From contig OZ242260.1 of assembly GCA_965207065.1 (NCBI GenBank), forward strand, positions 2,752,001 through 2,816,000: a stretch of DNA of 64,000 bases, written 5' to 3'. Shown piece after piece: positions 10,825-20,954 of this stretch. The DNA is from a bacterium (GTDB lineage Bacteria; UBA8248). Position 1 is the stretch's first letter; every line of letters begins with the position of its first letter. The position numbers and the translations under genes are program-made. The notes under the pieces are model-generated. The model made no database searches, was not told the origin of the DNA, and was given only the letters and a program-made list of their open reading frames with translations.

Positions 10825-11100
10825 ATGAAACTCAGCCGCGAGAAGATCAATCATCTGACGAATCTGGTCGTCAAGGACATTGAAGAGTGTGAGGATGTGG
10901 ATTTTCTGGTCGAGCCCCAGGAATTGCGTATGAATGTTCTGCGCGCCATTAGCAATGAGTTGATCATTGATGATGAGATTGAAGAGGAGGTGCGAAGGAT
11001 TTTGAGCACCTATTCCAGCAGGCTGGTGGAGGGTAGCCGCGACTGGGAGATACTCTTCAACAAGCATTATGATCAAGAGGCGAAACGACGCGGAATTTGA
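10825..11100 (+). CDS. DUF507-like protein, paralogue 2
   Basis: MKLSREKINHL...EGS.DW.IL..K.Y..E pattern. SD AAGGAG. Tandem with paralogue 1. Confidence 0.78.
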   Translation: MKLSREKINHLTNLVVKDIEECEDVDFLVEPQELRMNVLRAISNELIIDDEIEEEVRRILSTYSSRLVEGSRDWEILFNKHYDQEAKRRGI

Positions 11101-11154
11101 TCTCCTCAACAAATATTCTTGACTTGATGCCTACCAAAAGCGGAAAGCGGTGAC

Positions 11155-11754
11155 GTGCAAAAGGTTGGCCTGACCGGTGGAATCGCCAGCGGAAAATCCA
11201 CGGTGAGCGGGATGTTCACGGACCTGGCCGTTCCGGTAATCGACGCGGACTTGATTGCGCGCGAGGTGGTTGCTCCGGGGTCTCGCGCTCTTGGGGCGAT
11301 CGTCGATGCTTTTGGCGAAGAAATCCTTACTGACAATAAAAGCCTGAACCGCGCCAGGCTCGCGGAGATCGTTTTTTCCGATCCGCCGAAAAAGAAGATT
11401 CTTGAGGGGATCCTGCATCCTGAAATTATCGCCGAGCAGGACAGGCGGTTGAGAGACCTCGAACGGGAGGGAGGGACGCCCGTCGCGATAGTGGACGCCG
11501 CCGTCATGATTGAATCGGGGAGCTGGAAGCGATTCGACTCGCTAGTGGTTGTCGATTGTGATGAATCCCAGCAAATCTGCCGATTACGCCGGCGAAACGG
11601 GATGAATGAAGAGGAAGCCATGAAGCGTGTCAATGCGCAGATGCCGCTCTCGGAAAAAGTGAAGTATGCAGATCACGTGATTGACAATCGCGGTTCGATC
11701 GATGATACCCGAAAGCAGGTAGAGGAGTTGATGAAATTACTTTCTGGGAAATGA
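11155..11754 (+). CDS. coaE: Dephospho-CoA kinase
   Basis: GLTGGIASGKST, IDAD.IAR, LHP, QMP..EK...AD.VIDN. Confidence 0.96.
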   Translation: MQKVGLTGGIASGKSTVSGMFTDLAVPVIDADLIAREVVAPGSRALGAIVDAFGEEILTDNKSLNRARLAEIVFSDPPKKKILEGILHPEIIAEQDRRLRDLEREGGTPVAIVDAAVMIESGSWKRFDSLVVVDCDESQQICRLRRRNGMNEEEAMKRVNAQMPLSEKVKYADHVIDNRGSIDDTRKQVEELMKLLSGK

Positions 11755-11765
11755 AATAAATAGTG

Positions 11766-11794
11766 TTGACAAATTTGTTTGAACTCATTACTTT
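11766..11794 (+). promoter_or_regulatory. Putative sigma70 promoter of rho (about 400-nt leader)
   Basis: TTGACA (11766-11771), 17 nt, TACTTT (11789-11794) in an AT-rich context. Confidence 0.65.
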
Positions 11795-12202
11795 TTTGAA
11801 ACACTTTTGAATTCTATTCCTGATAGGTATTCGTCGCCCTGAACTTCAATCACCATCTGATGTACAACGATTTGGAATATTAGAAAAGAGAAAAAATCTG
11901 TCTTGGGAAATACAAAGGTCCTCGGTCAAATTTCTGTCCTCGGATGAATATATTTCCAGCAATGGGTATTGCGCGCGCCCTTGACTGGCTCTGAAAATAC
12001 CGGATGCGCGCTTCGCATCGCACTCGGCGGTGAGAACCTGCTTTCGAATCAGACATGAAGGAATTTCATTACATCAACTTTACCGCTTGAGGCTAGGAGG
12101 AAAAGTCTCCCCGCGCAGAATGTGGCGAGTGGTGCGACCAGAAGGCGCCATCTCACGTTCCAGGCGGTAAAAAGTGCCCACCCAACCAAGGAGAAGGGAG
12201 TT

Positions 12203-13495
12203 ATGGCAACAACAGAAACAAAAACTCGCAGCTTGAACCTGGCGGAACTGAAGAAAAAGACCATTGGAGAACTCAACCAGATTCTCAAGGAGTTCAGTAC
12301 CGAAAGCGCCAGCGGACTCAGAAAACAGGATCTGATTTACAAGATACTCGAGGCGCAGTCCGACAAGGATCGCAACGGCGGTGGTGGAACCATCACCGGA
12401 GAGGGCGTGCTCGAAATTTTGCCGGACGGATTCGGTTTCCTGCGTTCGCCCGCCTACAACTATCTGCCCGGCCCCGACGATATTTACGTTTCCCCCAGTC
12501 AGATTCGCCGCTTCGATCTTCGCACCGGCGATACGGTGAGCGGTGAAATCCGCCAGCCCAAAGAGGGGGAGCGGTATTTTGCGCTTTTGAAAGTCGAGAA
12601 GATCAATTTCGAACCACCCGAGGCGAGCAAGGACAAAGTCCTGTTCGATAACCTCACCCCTTTGTATCCGGACCGCAGGATACAGCTCGAAATATCCGGG
12701 GAGGAGGTCAGTTCGCGCGTGCTGGACCTCATGACGCCGATCGGCTTCGGGCAGCGTGGCCTCATAGTCGCTGCGCCCAGAACCGGTAAGACGATGATGC
12801 TTCAGTCCATCGCGAAGAGCATCGCGACGAATCACCCCGAAGTTCACCTGATCGTTCTGCTCATCGACGAGCGTCCCGAGGAGGTCACGGACATGGAGCG
12901 CTCCGTGCGCGGGGAAGTGATCAGCTCGACATTCGACGAGCCGGCTTCTCGCCACGTGCAGGTGGCGGACATGGTGATCGAAAAGGCGAAAAGACTCACC
13001 GAGCACAAACAGGATGTCGTCATCCTGCTCGATTCCATCACGCGGCTGGCGCGCGCGCACAACACCATCATATCGCCGAGCGGAAAAGTCCTCTCCGGCG
13101 GTGTAGACTCGAACGCGCTGCAGCGGCCCAAGCGTTTCTTCGGCGCCGCGCGAAACCTCGAAGAGGGCGGCAGCCTCACCATTCTCGCCACGGCGCTGGT
13201 GGAGACGGGTAGCCGGATGGACGACGTGATTTTCGAGGAGTTCAAGGGCACGGGCAACATGGAAGTTCACCTCGACAGGAAGCTCTCCGACAAGCGCGTG
13301 TTCCCCTCGGTGGACATCAACAAGTCCGGCACGAGGAAAGAGGAATTGCTGCTCAGCCCGCAGGAACTCAACCGCGTATGGGTGTTGCGCAAGGTTTTAC
13401 AACCACTTGGCGTGGTGGACTCGATGGAGCTCCTGCTCGAGAAAATCCAGGAGACGAAGACCAACGAGGATTTCCTCGCCTCGATGAACAACTGA
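12203..13495 (+). CDS. rho: Transcription termination factor Rho
   Basis: [63 protein letters not shown] before ATG 12203. Confidence 0.99.
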   Translation: MATTETKTRSLNLAELKKKTIGELNQILKEFSTESASGLRKQDLIYKILEAQSDKDRNGGGGTITGEGVLEILPDGFGFLRSPAYNYLPGPDDIYVSPSQIRRFDLRTGDTVSGEIRQPKEGERYFALLKVEKINFEPPEASKDKVLFDNLTPLYPDRRIQLEISGEEVSSRVLDLMTPIGFGQRGLIVAAPRTGKTMMLQSIAKSIATNHPEVHLIVLLIDERPEEVTDMERSVRGEVISSTFDEPASRHVQVADMVIEKAKRLTEHKQDVVILLDSITRLARAHNTIISPSGKVLSGGVDSNALQRPKRFFGAARNLEEGGSLTILATALVETGSRMDDVIFEEFKGTGNMEVHLDRKLSDKRVFPSVDINKSGTRKEELLLSPQELNRVWVLRKVLQPLGVVDSMELLLEKIQETKTNEDFLASMNN

Positions 13496-13535
13496 CGCTT
13501 ATCGCCAACCTCTTGTTTTTACCCGCTTTTGGGGG

Positions 13536-13564
13536 TAGACAAGGCGCTGGAGTTTCGATATAAA
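13536..13564 (+). promoter_or_regulatory. Putative sigma70 promoter of rpmE
   Basis: TAGACA (13536-13541), 17 nt, TATAAA (13559-13564). Confidence 0.5.
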
Positions 13565-13690
13565 GCGCTCTCCTCGTAGGGGAGAGGGGTCGGTTTTTTT
13601 ATCGAAATACCACCTTTATTTATCGGATTTTATCGATATTTACGGAATTGTTTTCGACGTTTGGAACCCGAAATTTTGGAGCGCCTGGTT

Positions 13691-14287
13691 ATGAAGGCCG
13701 AGATTCATCCCGAGTTGTTCGAGTGCAAGGTTTCCTGCAGTGGTTGCGGCACCGAATTCACGACGTTCTCCACGCGCGAGGAAATACGCGTCGAGGTTTG
13801 CTCGCAGTGCCACCCGTTCTTCACCGGAAAGCAGGCGCGCATCGTCGATACCGAAGGCCGCGTCGAGAAGTTCGTCAAGAAGTTCGAGGGCAAGGAGGCG
13901 CGGGTCTCCAAGCGCAAGAGAAAGCAGGCCTCCGCCGAGGCGGAACGGGTCGCCCGGCTGGAGCGTGAAGCGAAGCAGGCCGCCGAGAAGGCGGAGGAAG
14001 AGAAAAAGCTCAGAGAAGAGGCCAGGCAGAAACGGGCCGAGGAGCGCGCCGCGAGGCAGGCCGCCCAGGCGCAGAAAGAAGAATCCGCCGAGGCCGCCGC
14101 CGAGGGTGCTGCGCCCGCCACTGAAACGAGCGATGCCGAGACGGCAGTTGCTGCGGCTGAGGATGCTTCGCCTGCGCCTGAACCCGCTGGTGCCGATGCG
14201 GCATCCGCCGCGGCTGAAGACGCTTCACCCGAGGCATCGCCTGCGCCCGAATCGGGCGAAGAAACCGAAAAGCCCGAGGATTCATAA
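13691..14287 (+). CDS. rpmE: 50S ribosomal protein L31 (Zn-binding type) with ~130-aa C-terminal extension
   Basis: [28 protein letters not shown]. Sits between rho and prfA. Confidence 0.95.
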   Translation: MKAEIHPELFECKVSCSGCGTEFTTFSTREEIRVEVCSQCHPFFTGKQARIVDTEGRVEKFVKKFEGKEARVSKRKRKQASAEAERVARLEREAKQAAEKAEEEKKLREEARQKRAEERAARQAAQAQKEESAEAAAEGAAPATETSDAETAVAAAEDASPAPEPAGADAASAAAEDASPEASPAPESGEETEKPEDS

Positions 14288-14408
14288 GCACGGAGCCTAC
14301 CGTGTTTGCCTGGGGGCCGCCCCCGGGCGGTGGTTCCTCGGCAAACGCGAATCCGTGGCCTGAGGACGATACCGGGCCACCCCGTTCGCTGCCCGTCGGT
14401 TGATCCCC

Positions 14409-15500
14409 ATGTTCGAAAAAATCGAGCAAATCATCGAAAAACACCGGACGCTGGAGATGCGCCTCTCGGACCCGTCCCTGCTCAAGGACCGCAAGAAATT
14501 CGAGCAGACCGCGCGCGAGCACAAGGAGGTCACCCAGGTCGTCCAGGCCTATGAGGAATGGCGCGGCTACGCGAACGCCATCGAGGAGGCGAAAGCCCTC
14601 CTCGAGGACGGCGACCCGGAGATGACCGAACTCGCCCAGGCGGAGCTCGAAGACGCGGGCCCGAAGCGTGAAGAGGTGGAGGAGAGGCTGCGCCGGCTTC
14701 TGCTGCCCAGGGACCCGAACGATGAGAAAAACGTCATCCTGGAAGTTCGCGCGGGAACGGGCGGCCAGGAGGCCGCGCTCTTCGCGGCCGATCTGTACCG
14801 CATGTACGTGCGCTACGCCGAGGTCCAGGGCTGGAAGGCGGAGGAGTTGAGCAAGAGCGAGAGCGACCTGGGGGGCTTGAAGGAGGTATCCGCGCTCATC
14901 AAGGGGGCGGGCGCCTACAGCCGCCTGCGCTATGAGAGCGGCACGCACCGCGTCCAGCGGGTGCCCGTCACCGAGACGCAGGGGAGAATCCACACCTCCG
15001 CCGCCACGGTGGCCGTGCTGCCCGAAGCGGACGAGATTGCGCTCGACATCGGCGAGAAGGATTTGCGGATCGACGTCTACCGCTCCTCGGGTCCGGGCGG
15101 CCAGAGCGTGAACACGACCGATTCCGCCGTCCGCATCACCCATGTGCCCACCGGCCTCGTCGTCACCTGCCAGGACGAGAAGAGCCAGCACAAGAACCGC
15201 GCCAAGGCCATGAAGATACTCTCGGCCCATCTGCTGGACATGGAAATCCAGAAACAGATGTCCGAGCGTTCCGCGCAGCGCAAGAGCCTCGTGGGCAGCG
15301 GGGACAGGAGCGAGCGGATCAGGACCTACAATTTTCCCCAGGACAGGATTACCGATCACCGCATCGGCCTCACCCTCCACGGTCTGCCCGGCTTCATGGA
15401 GGGCGGCATCGACGAGATGGTCAAACGGGTCATCGAGAGCCGCGAGGCGGAGCGTCTGGCCGAGCTGGAAGAAAGCACGGAAGCCCACTCCGCGGAATGA
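14409..15500 (+). CDS. prfA: Peptide chain release factor 1
   Basis: RVPVTE (PxT anticodon motif), [13 protein letters not shown]. Confidence 0.98.
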   Translation: MFEKIEQIIEKHRTLEMRLSDPSLLKDRKKFEQTAREHKEVTQVVQAYEEWRGYANAIEEAKALLEDGDPEMTELAQAELEDAGPKREEVEERLRRLLLPRDPNDEKNVILEVRAGTGGQEAALFAADLYRMYVRYAEVQGWKAEELSKSESDLGGLKEVSALIKGAGAYSRLRYESGTHRVQRVPVTETQGRIHTSAATVAVLPEADEIALDIGEKDLRIDVYRSSGPGGQSVNTTDSAVRITHVPTGLVVTCQDEKSQHKNRAKAMKILSAHLLDMEIQKQMSERSAQRKSLVGSGDRSERIRTYNFPQDRITDHRIGLTLHGLPGFMEGGIDEMVKRVIESREAERLAELEESTEAHSAE

Positions 15501-16387
15501 CCACCTCTCCTCCTGCGGCGCAAAACGAAACCGAAACCAAAGTATGTGCTCTGCTCTCCCGCCTGGAAGAGCAGTTCGCCGGGGCGGGCGTGGAATCGCC
15601 GGGGCTGGATGCGCGGCTCATCGTGGCTGTGGTATTAGGCTGCGAGGGGGCGCATCTCCACGCGCACCCTGAAAGAGTGGTATCCACAGAGGAGCTCGCG
15701 CGGGTCGAATCTTTGGCGCAAAGGAGAATGGCCCGCGAACCGATGGCTTACATCATGGGCGAGCGGGAGTTCTGGTCCATGTCCTTTTTCGTCTCGCCCG
15801 ATGTGCTGATTCCAAGGCCCGAGTCGGAGTTGCTCGTCGAACGCGCCGTGGCGCTTTTGGGAGAAGGACGGGAGAGCAGGATACTGGACTTGTGCGCTGG
15901 CAGCGGCGCGGTGGGTCTGGCGATCGCGAGTGAATTGCACGATGCGCGCGTCACCTTGCTCGACCTCTGTCCCGGGGCGCTCGGTGTGGCGAGGCGGAAC
16001 GCGGATAAATTCGGTCTTGGTAGTCGAACGTGTTTTCTGGCCTCCGATTTGTTTGATGCGCTCGAAGAGGGGGAAGGGTTCGACCTGATCGCCTCGAATC
16101 CGCCCTATGTGGCTTCGGGCGAACTGGATGGCCTGATGCCCGAAGTGTCATCGTTCGAGCCTGGACTCGCGCTCGATGGCGGCGCGGACGGGATGGACTT
16201 CATCCGGCGCATCATCGAGGAGGCGCCCGCATATCTCGCGCGCGGGGGCTTCCTGCTGATCGAGATGGACCCGCGCCAGATGGCGGAGGCGGCGGCCTTG
16301 GCGGAACAAAAAGGGGATTATCGCACGGCGAGCCGCCATAAAGACCTCGCCGGGCGCGAGAGGGTTTTGGAACTTACGAGGGTTTAG
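15497..16387 (+). CDS. prmC: Release factor glutamine methyltransferase
   Basis: [30 protein letters not shown]. Overlaps the prfA stop. Confidence 0.96.
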   Translation: MTTSPPAAQNETETKVCALLSRLEEQFAGAGVESPGLDARLIVAVVLGCEGAHLHAHPERVVSTEELARVESLAQRRMAREPMAYIMGEREFWSMSFFVSPDVLIPRPESELLVERAVALLGEGRESRILDLCAGSGAVGLAIASELHDARVTLLDLCPGALGVARRNADKFGLGSRTCFLASDLFDALEEGEGFDLIASNPPYVASGELDGLMPEVSSFEPGLALDGGADGMDFIRRIIEEAPAYLARGGFLLIEMDPRQMAEAAALAEQKGDYRTASRHKDLAGRERVLELTRV

Positions 16388-16389
16388 TT

Positions 16390-17649
16390 TTGGAGCGATT
16401 TCGTATCCGGGGAGGAAGGCCGCTTCGCGGCGAGGCCGAGGCGTCGGGTTCCAAGAACGCCTCTTTGCCGATCCTGGCCGCCGCCATCCTGGCCGATGGC
16501 GTCAGTCATGCGCGGCGTGTCCCGGACTTGCGCGATACGAACACGATATTGGCGCTTCTGGGCGAATTCGGCGTCGAGACGCGCGAAGAATCGCCCGGTT
16601 CCATCTCCCTGGACGCCACGAACATCACCGGCGGCGTCGCGCCCTATGAACTGGTGCAGGCGATGCGGGCCTCCATCATGGTGCTGGGGCCATTGCTGGC
16701 GCGCTTCGGCTCGGCGCGCGTTTCCCTGCCGGGCGGCTGCGCCATCGGGGCCAGGCCCATCGATCAGCACCTGAAGGGACTGAGAGCGATGGGAGCGGAG
16801 ATCGAGATAGAGCAGGGCTACATCGAGGCCAGGGCCCGGAGACTCACGGGAGCGCGCATTTCGTTCGACTTAACGACCGTGACGGGTACGAAGAACCTGA
16901 TGATGGCGGCTTCTTTGGCGAAAGGCGTCACCGTGCTCGAGAATGCCGCCCTGGAGCCCGAAGTGGTCGCGGTCGCGGATTTGTTGAACCAGATGGGCGC
17001 GAAGGTGAGCGGCGCGGGCACGCCCGTTATCGAGATCGAAGGGGTGGATTCCCTCGCGGGCTACGACGCGGCCGTTCCCGCAGACCGCATCGAGGTGGGA
17101 ACCCTCATGATTGCCTCCGCCATCACGGGAGGGGATTTGAGGATAACGGATTGTGAGCCGGAGCAAGTGCATGCGCTGGCGCTCAAGCTGAGCGAAGCCG
17201 GTCTCGAAGTTTCAGAAGGAGCGGACTGGATTCACGTGCGGGGCGATGGCTCCGTACGGCCCGTGAACGTGAAGACGGCGCCCTATCCCGGGTTTCCCAC
17301 GGACCTGCAGGCCCAGTTCATGGCGTTGATGACGCTGGCGGGCGGGACCTGCGTGCTCACGGAGACGATCTTCGAGAATCGCTTCATGCACGCCGCCGAG
17401 CTTGCCAGAATGAACGCGCGGATTCATATAGACGGGCGGACGGCGCACATCGAGGGCGTGGCGCATCTCGCCGGCGCTTCGGTGACGGCGACCGACTTGA
17501 GAGCGAGCGCGTCGCTTGTCCTGGCGGGTCTGGCGGCGAGTGGAGAAACCATCGTTCGCAACGTATATCATATCGACAGGGGATATCAGCGGCTCGAGGA
17601 GAGGTTGAGGGAACTCGGCGCGGATATCCGGCGCGAAGTGGAGTCGTGA
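16390..17649 (+). CDS. murA: UDP-N-acetylglucosamine 1-carboxyvinyltransferase
   Basis: TTG start. [36 protein letters not shown]. Confidence 0.98.
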   Translation: MERFRIRGGRPLRGEAEASGSKNASLPILAAAILADGVSHARRVPDLRDTNTILALLGEFGVETREESPGSISLDATNITGGVAPYELVQAMRASIMVLGPLLARFGSARVSLPGGCAIGARPIDQHLKGLRAMGAEIEIEQGYIEARARRLTGARISFDLTTVTGTKNLMMAASLAKGVTVLENAALEPEVVAVADLLNQMGAKVSGAGTPVIEIEGVDSLAGYDAAVPADRIEVGTLMIASAITGGDLRITDCEPEQVHALALKLSEAGLEVSEGADWIHVRGDGSVRPVNVKTAPYPGFPTDLQAQFMALMTLAGGTCVLTETIFENRFMHAAELARMNARIHIDGRTAHIEGVAHLAGASVTATDLRASASLVLAGLAASGETIVRNVYHIDRGYQRLEERLRELGADIRREVES

Positions 17650-18356
17650 TGAAAGAGAATCAGGAGAAAGAATTGATCATCGCCCTGCCCAAGGGCAGAA
17701 TTTTTACCGAAGCCACCGAATGTCTGGTGAAGGCGGGCGTCTTGTCCAAACCGGTATCGGACAAATCCCGAAAGCTCATCCTGCGCGACCCGAAAACGGG
17801 CGTCCGGGTCCTGATTCTCAGGAACCACGACGTGCCCATCTATGTGGAGCGCGGCGCCGCCGATCTGGGCATTATCGGGCGCGACGTGCTGCTCGAACAG
17901 GGGCGCGACGTATACGAGCCTCTGGATATGAACATGGCGCCGTGCCGCCTCATGGTGGCGGCGCCCGAGGGCATCGCCTGGGAGGATTTGACCGGGCGGA
18001 TATCGCTGCGCGTGGCGACGAAGTTTCCCGCCATCACGGCCCGGTTTTTCGAGCAGATGGGGGTTCAGGCAAAGATCATCCGTCTCTACGGAAACGTGGA
18101 AATCGCGCCCGCCACCGGCGTGGCGGACCTGGTTGTGGATTTGGTCGACACGGGCGGTACGCTGCGGGCCAATGGGCTGGTCCCGATTCGCGAGATATTC
18201 AGCGCGACGGCCAGGCTAATCGCCAACCGGGCGAGCCTGAAGACGAATTATAAAAAGGTGAGCGCGATCATCGAACAGTTGAAGGGGGTGATCCCCACAG
18301 CCCAAAACCGCTCCGGTAACGGCGCGGGTCCGGCGCCCGGTGGGGAGAAGGCGTGA
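17649..18356 (+). CDS. hisG: ATP phosphoribosyltransferase, short form
   Basis: ALPKGR, DLGIIG.DV, ATKFP, DLVDTG.TL.ANGL. No C-terminal regulatory domain. TGATG overlap with murA. Confidence 0.96.
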   Translation: MKENQEKELIIALPKGRIFTEATECLVKAGVLSKPVSDKSRKLILRDPKTGVRVLILRNHDVPIYVERGAADLGIIGRDVLLEQGRDVYEPLDMNMAPCRLMVAAPEGIAWEDLTGRISLRVATKFPAITARFFEQMGVQAKIIRLYGNVEIAPATGVADLVVDLVDTGGTLRANGLVPIREIFSATARLIANRASLKTNYKKVSAIIEQLKGVIPTAQNRSGNGAGPAPGGEKA

Positions 18357-19648
18357 GACGCTTCAGCTGCGGGGCGGAGAATTTCGCCGCCGGGATCGAG
18401 CGCCTCTCCATGAGCGGGGAGGATGCTTTTTCCCGCGTCGAGGGCGATGTGCGTGCGATCATCGAGCGCGTGCGCGTGGAGGGAGATGACGCGCTTGTCG
18501 AACTTACGAAGAAGTTCGACGGCGTTTCCCTGGACGCCGGGGGCCTCGTCGTAGGCCCGGAGGAGATGGCGCGCGCGCTAGATGCGCTGCCGTCCGAGAC
18601 GCTGGACGCCCTGAAACTGGCCGAGGAGCGGGTACGCGTGTTCCACGAGGCGCAGGTTCCCCGAAGGATCAATGTCGAACCTGCGCTCGGCGAGCGGCTC
18701 TCGCTCGAACCCACCCCCCTCGCCAGCGTGGGTCTGTATGCGCCCGGCGGCACGGCGGCCTATCCCTCCACGGTGCTCATGAATGCCGTTCCTGCGCGCG
18801 TCGCAGGCGTGGACGAATTGGTTCTGTGCACGCCGCCGGGCCCGAACGGCGAGGTGCCCGCCGCCGTGCTGGCGGCGGCTTCCCTGGCGGGTCTTGAGCT
18901 CGTCTTTCGAATTGGTGGCGCGCAGGCGGTCGCCGCGATGGCCTATGGTACGGAGAGCGTCCCCCGCGTGGACAAGATAGTGGGGCCGGGCAACGTATAC
19001 GTCGCCGCCGCCAAGCGCATCGTGCGCGGGCGTGTGGAAATCGACAAGGAGGCGGGGCCGAGCGAGGTGGTCGTGCTCCTGGACGACCCCGCCCTGGCCG
19101 AATGGGCGGCCGCTGATCTCATCGCCCAGGCCGAGCACGACGCGCAGGCGATGGCGGTGGGCGTTTGCGTGGGCGCGGAAGTGGCCGACGCCTTGGAAAG
19201 AGAAGTGGAAAGCCAGATGAGTGTCGCCCGGAGGAGCGAGGAGATAGGGCAGGCTTTGGAGAATCGCGGCGCCATCATCGAGGCGGCCTCGCGCCGAGAG
19301 GCGATCGAAGTGGCGGAGATGCTGGCGCCCGAGCACCTGGAGATTTTGATGGAGGATGCGGAGGATGCGGCCAAGGAGATTCGCAATGCGGGCGCGGTAT
19401 TCTGCGGGCCGTGGAGTCCGGTCCCCTTGGGCGATTACATCGCAGGCCCCAACCACGTGCTTCCAACAGGCGGTGCGGCGCGTTTCGCCTCTCCGCTCGG
19501 CGTCTATGATTTCATCAAATGGACGAGCAAGGTGTGTTTCGATGAGGCCGCCGCCGCGCGGCTGGCGGAACCTGCTGCGAGACTCGCGGATCTCGAAGGT
19601 CTGCCCGCGCACGCACGGGCCTTGCGACTGAGGCGCGGCGCATCCTGA
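18353..19648 (+). CDS. hisD: Histidinol dehydrogenase
   Basis: PGG.AAYPS, IGGAQA, GPGN.YV, AGPSE, QAEH, APEHLE, GPNHVLPT. Confidence 0.98.
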   Translation: MRRFSCGAENFAAGIERLSMSGEDAFSRVEGDVRAIIERVRVEGDDALVELTKKFDGVSLDAGGLVVGPEEMARALDALPSETLDALKLAEERVRVFHEAQVPRRINVEPALGERLSLEPTPLASVGLYAPGGTAAYPSTVLMNAVPARVAGVDELVLCTPPGPNGEVPAAVLAAASLAGLELVFRIGGAQAVAAMAYGTESVPRVDKIVGPGNVYVAAAKRIVRGRVEIDKEAGPSEVVVLLDDPALAEWAAADLIAQAEHDAQAMAVGVCVGAEVADALEREVESQMSVARRSEEIGQALENRGAIIEAASRREAIEVAEMLAPEHLEILMEDAEDAAKEIRNAGAVFCGPWSPVPLGDYIAGPNHVLPTGGAARFASPLGVYDFIKWTSKVCFDEAAAARLAEPAARLADLEGLPAHARALRLRRGAS

Positions 19649-19649
19649 G

Positions 19650-19889
19650 GAGGCAGTTGGAAAAGCCCCTTCTCGGTCGGAAACGACCATCGCCGTCATT
19701 CCGGCGCATGCCGGAATCCAGAGCCGACGAGGAGCAAGGTGAACCGATCTTTTACGTTCTCACTGGTCGGATGGGAAAAGGCAAAGAGCAAAGACGAAAA
19801 GACAAAGTCCCTGGATTCCGGCATGCGCCGGAATGACGATTAAAAGCGAAGGTCAACCCCAAGCGAAGCGAGACATTTTCAACAGTTCC
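19650..19889. mobile_element. MITE-like element A: degenerate 16-bp TIRs enclosing a CGTC-type REP doublet
   Basis: Ends are GAGGCAGTTGGAAAAG (19650-19665) and rc GGAACTGTTGAAAATG (19874-19889). No credible ORF. Confidence 0.6.
19694..19838. repeat. Perfect 28-bp inverted repeat pair, each arm itself a hairpin (CGTC-tagged REP doublet)
   Basis: CGTCATTCCGGCGCATGCCGGAATCCAG at 19694-19721 and its exact reverse complement at 19811-19838. Confidence 0.95.
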
Positions 19890-19993
19890 TTGAGGGGGCG
19901 CTGGCGGGGCGCGCGCAAATCGAGCATAATCGCACTGCCGAAAGGCGGTGAATTCATTGGGGTTGGAACTTTCCATCCGCCGGGAGAGAGAAG

Positions 19994-20596
19994 GTGGCGT
20001 CGAGAACGAAACAGAGAAAAGCGCGCGTGAGCAGAAAGACGAAAGAGACCGATTTTTCCGTCGCTGTCAATTTAGACGGCGCGGGGGAGGCCGAAATCAA
20101 TACGGGCCTCGGTTTTTTCGATCACATGCTCGCCCAGATCGCCCGCCACGGGCTGGTGGATTTGACCGTTCGCGGCAAGGGGGATTTGGACGTCGACGGC
20201 CACCACACGGTGGAGGACGTAGGTATTATCCTGGGGCAGACGCTGGCGAAGGCGCTCGGAGACCGGGCGGGCATCACCCGCTACGCCGACGTGCGCCTGC
20301 CGATGATGGACGCGCTCGTTCACGTGGCGGCGGATTTCGGCGGCAGGGGAAACCTAGTTTTCCGCGCCGCGTTCCCCGAAGCCCGAATCGGCGAGTTCGA
20401 CACCTCGCTCGTGCGCGAATTCTTCTGGTCCCTGGCCACCCACGCAGGCGTCGACCTCCACGTCGAGGTCTGCTACGGGGACAACAGCCACCACATGGTC
20501 GAAGCCGTGTTCAAGGGCTTTGCGCGGGCGTTGCGCGCGGGCGTCGCGCTCGATTCGAGAGATACCAGCGTGCCCAGCACCAAGGGTGTCTTATAA
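19994..20596 (+). CDS. hisB: Imidazoleglycerol-phosphate dehydratase
   Basis: GTG start. R.T.ET, GFFDHML, D.HHTVED, PMMD, N.HH..EA.FK. Confidence 0.97.
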   Translation: MASRTKQRKARVSRKTKETDFSVAVNLDGAGEAEINTGLGFFDHMLAQIARHGLVDLTVRGKGDLDVDGHHTVEDVGIILGQTLAKALGDRAGITRYADVRLPMMDALVHVAADFGGRGNLVFRAAFPEARIGEFDTSLVREFFWSLATHAGVDLHVEVCYGDNSHHMVEAVFKGFARALRAGVALDSRDTSVPSTKGVL

Positions 20597-20623
20597 GGCA
20601 GTTTTTTGGGCTACCATCATTAT

Positions 20624-20939
20624 GGGGTTGCTGAAAAAGTTTCCGGGAAGCGATTTTTGTTTCGCGCAAGCTTTTGAAGTTCACTCCCCCCTTGAGGGGG
20701 AGTCGAAGAAGCCGAGCGATATTGGCGAAGGCTGAATCGGTGGGGGGTAAAATGCGTTTTATTGCCATTCCGAGTCATACCCCCCACCAGTTCACTTTCG
20801 GGCTTACGCCCTTAGTTCACTGACTCCCCCTCAAGGGGGGAGTGGTTGGTTGGCGCTCTGCAAGGAAGGAGTAAAGTTTCATCCTTCCCTGGTCGGCTCC
20901 ATACGTGGAATCAAGAAATCGGGGTTTTTCAACAGCTCC
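20624..20939. mobile_element. MITE-like element B: 16-bp TIRs enclosing a CTCCCCC/GGGGGAG palindrome doublet
   Basis: Ends are GGGGTTGCTGAAAAAG (20624-20639) and rc GGAGCTGTTGAAAAAC (20924-20939), matching at 12/16. Confidence 0.7.
20682..20844. repeat. Nested perfect inverted repeats (23 bp and 11 bp)
   Basis: CACTCCCCCCTTGAGGGGGAGTC at 20682-20704 with rc at 20822-20844. GGTGGGGGGTA at 20739-20749 with rc at 20778-20788. Confidence 0.95.
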
Positions 20940-20954
20940 AGAAGGGGGAGTGGC

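Noticed and set aside
14290-14400. GC-rich hairpins between rpmE and prfA as an ncRNA
   Set aside because: No recognisable family features. Likely an ordinary mRNA stability or termination structure.
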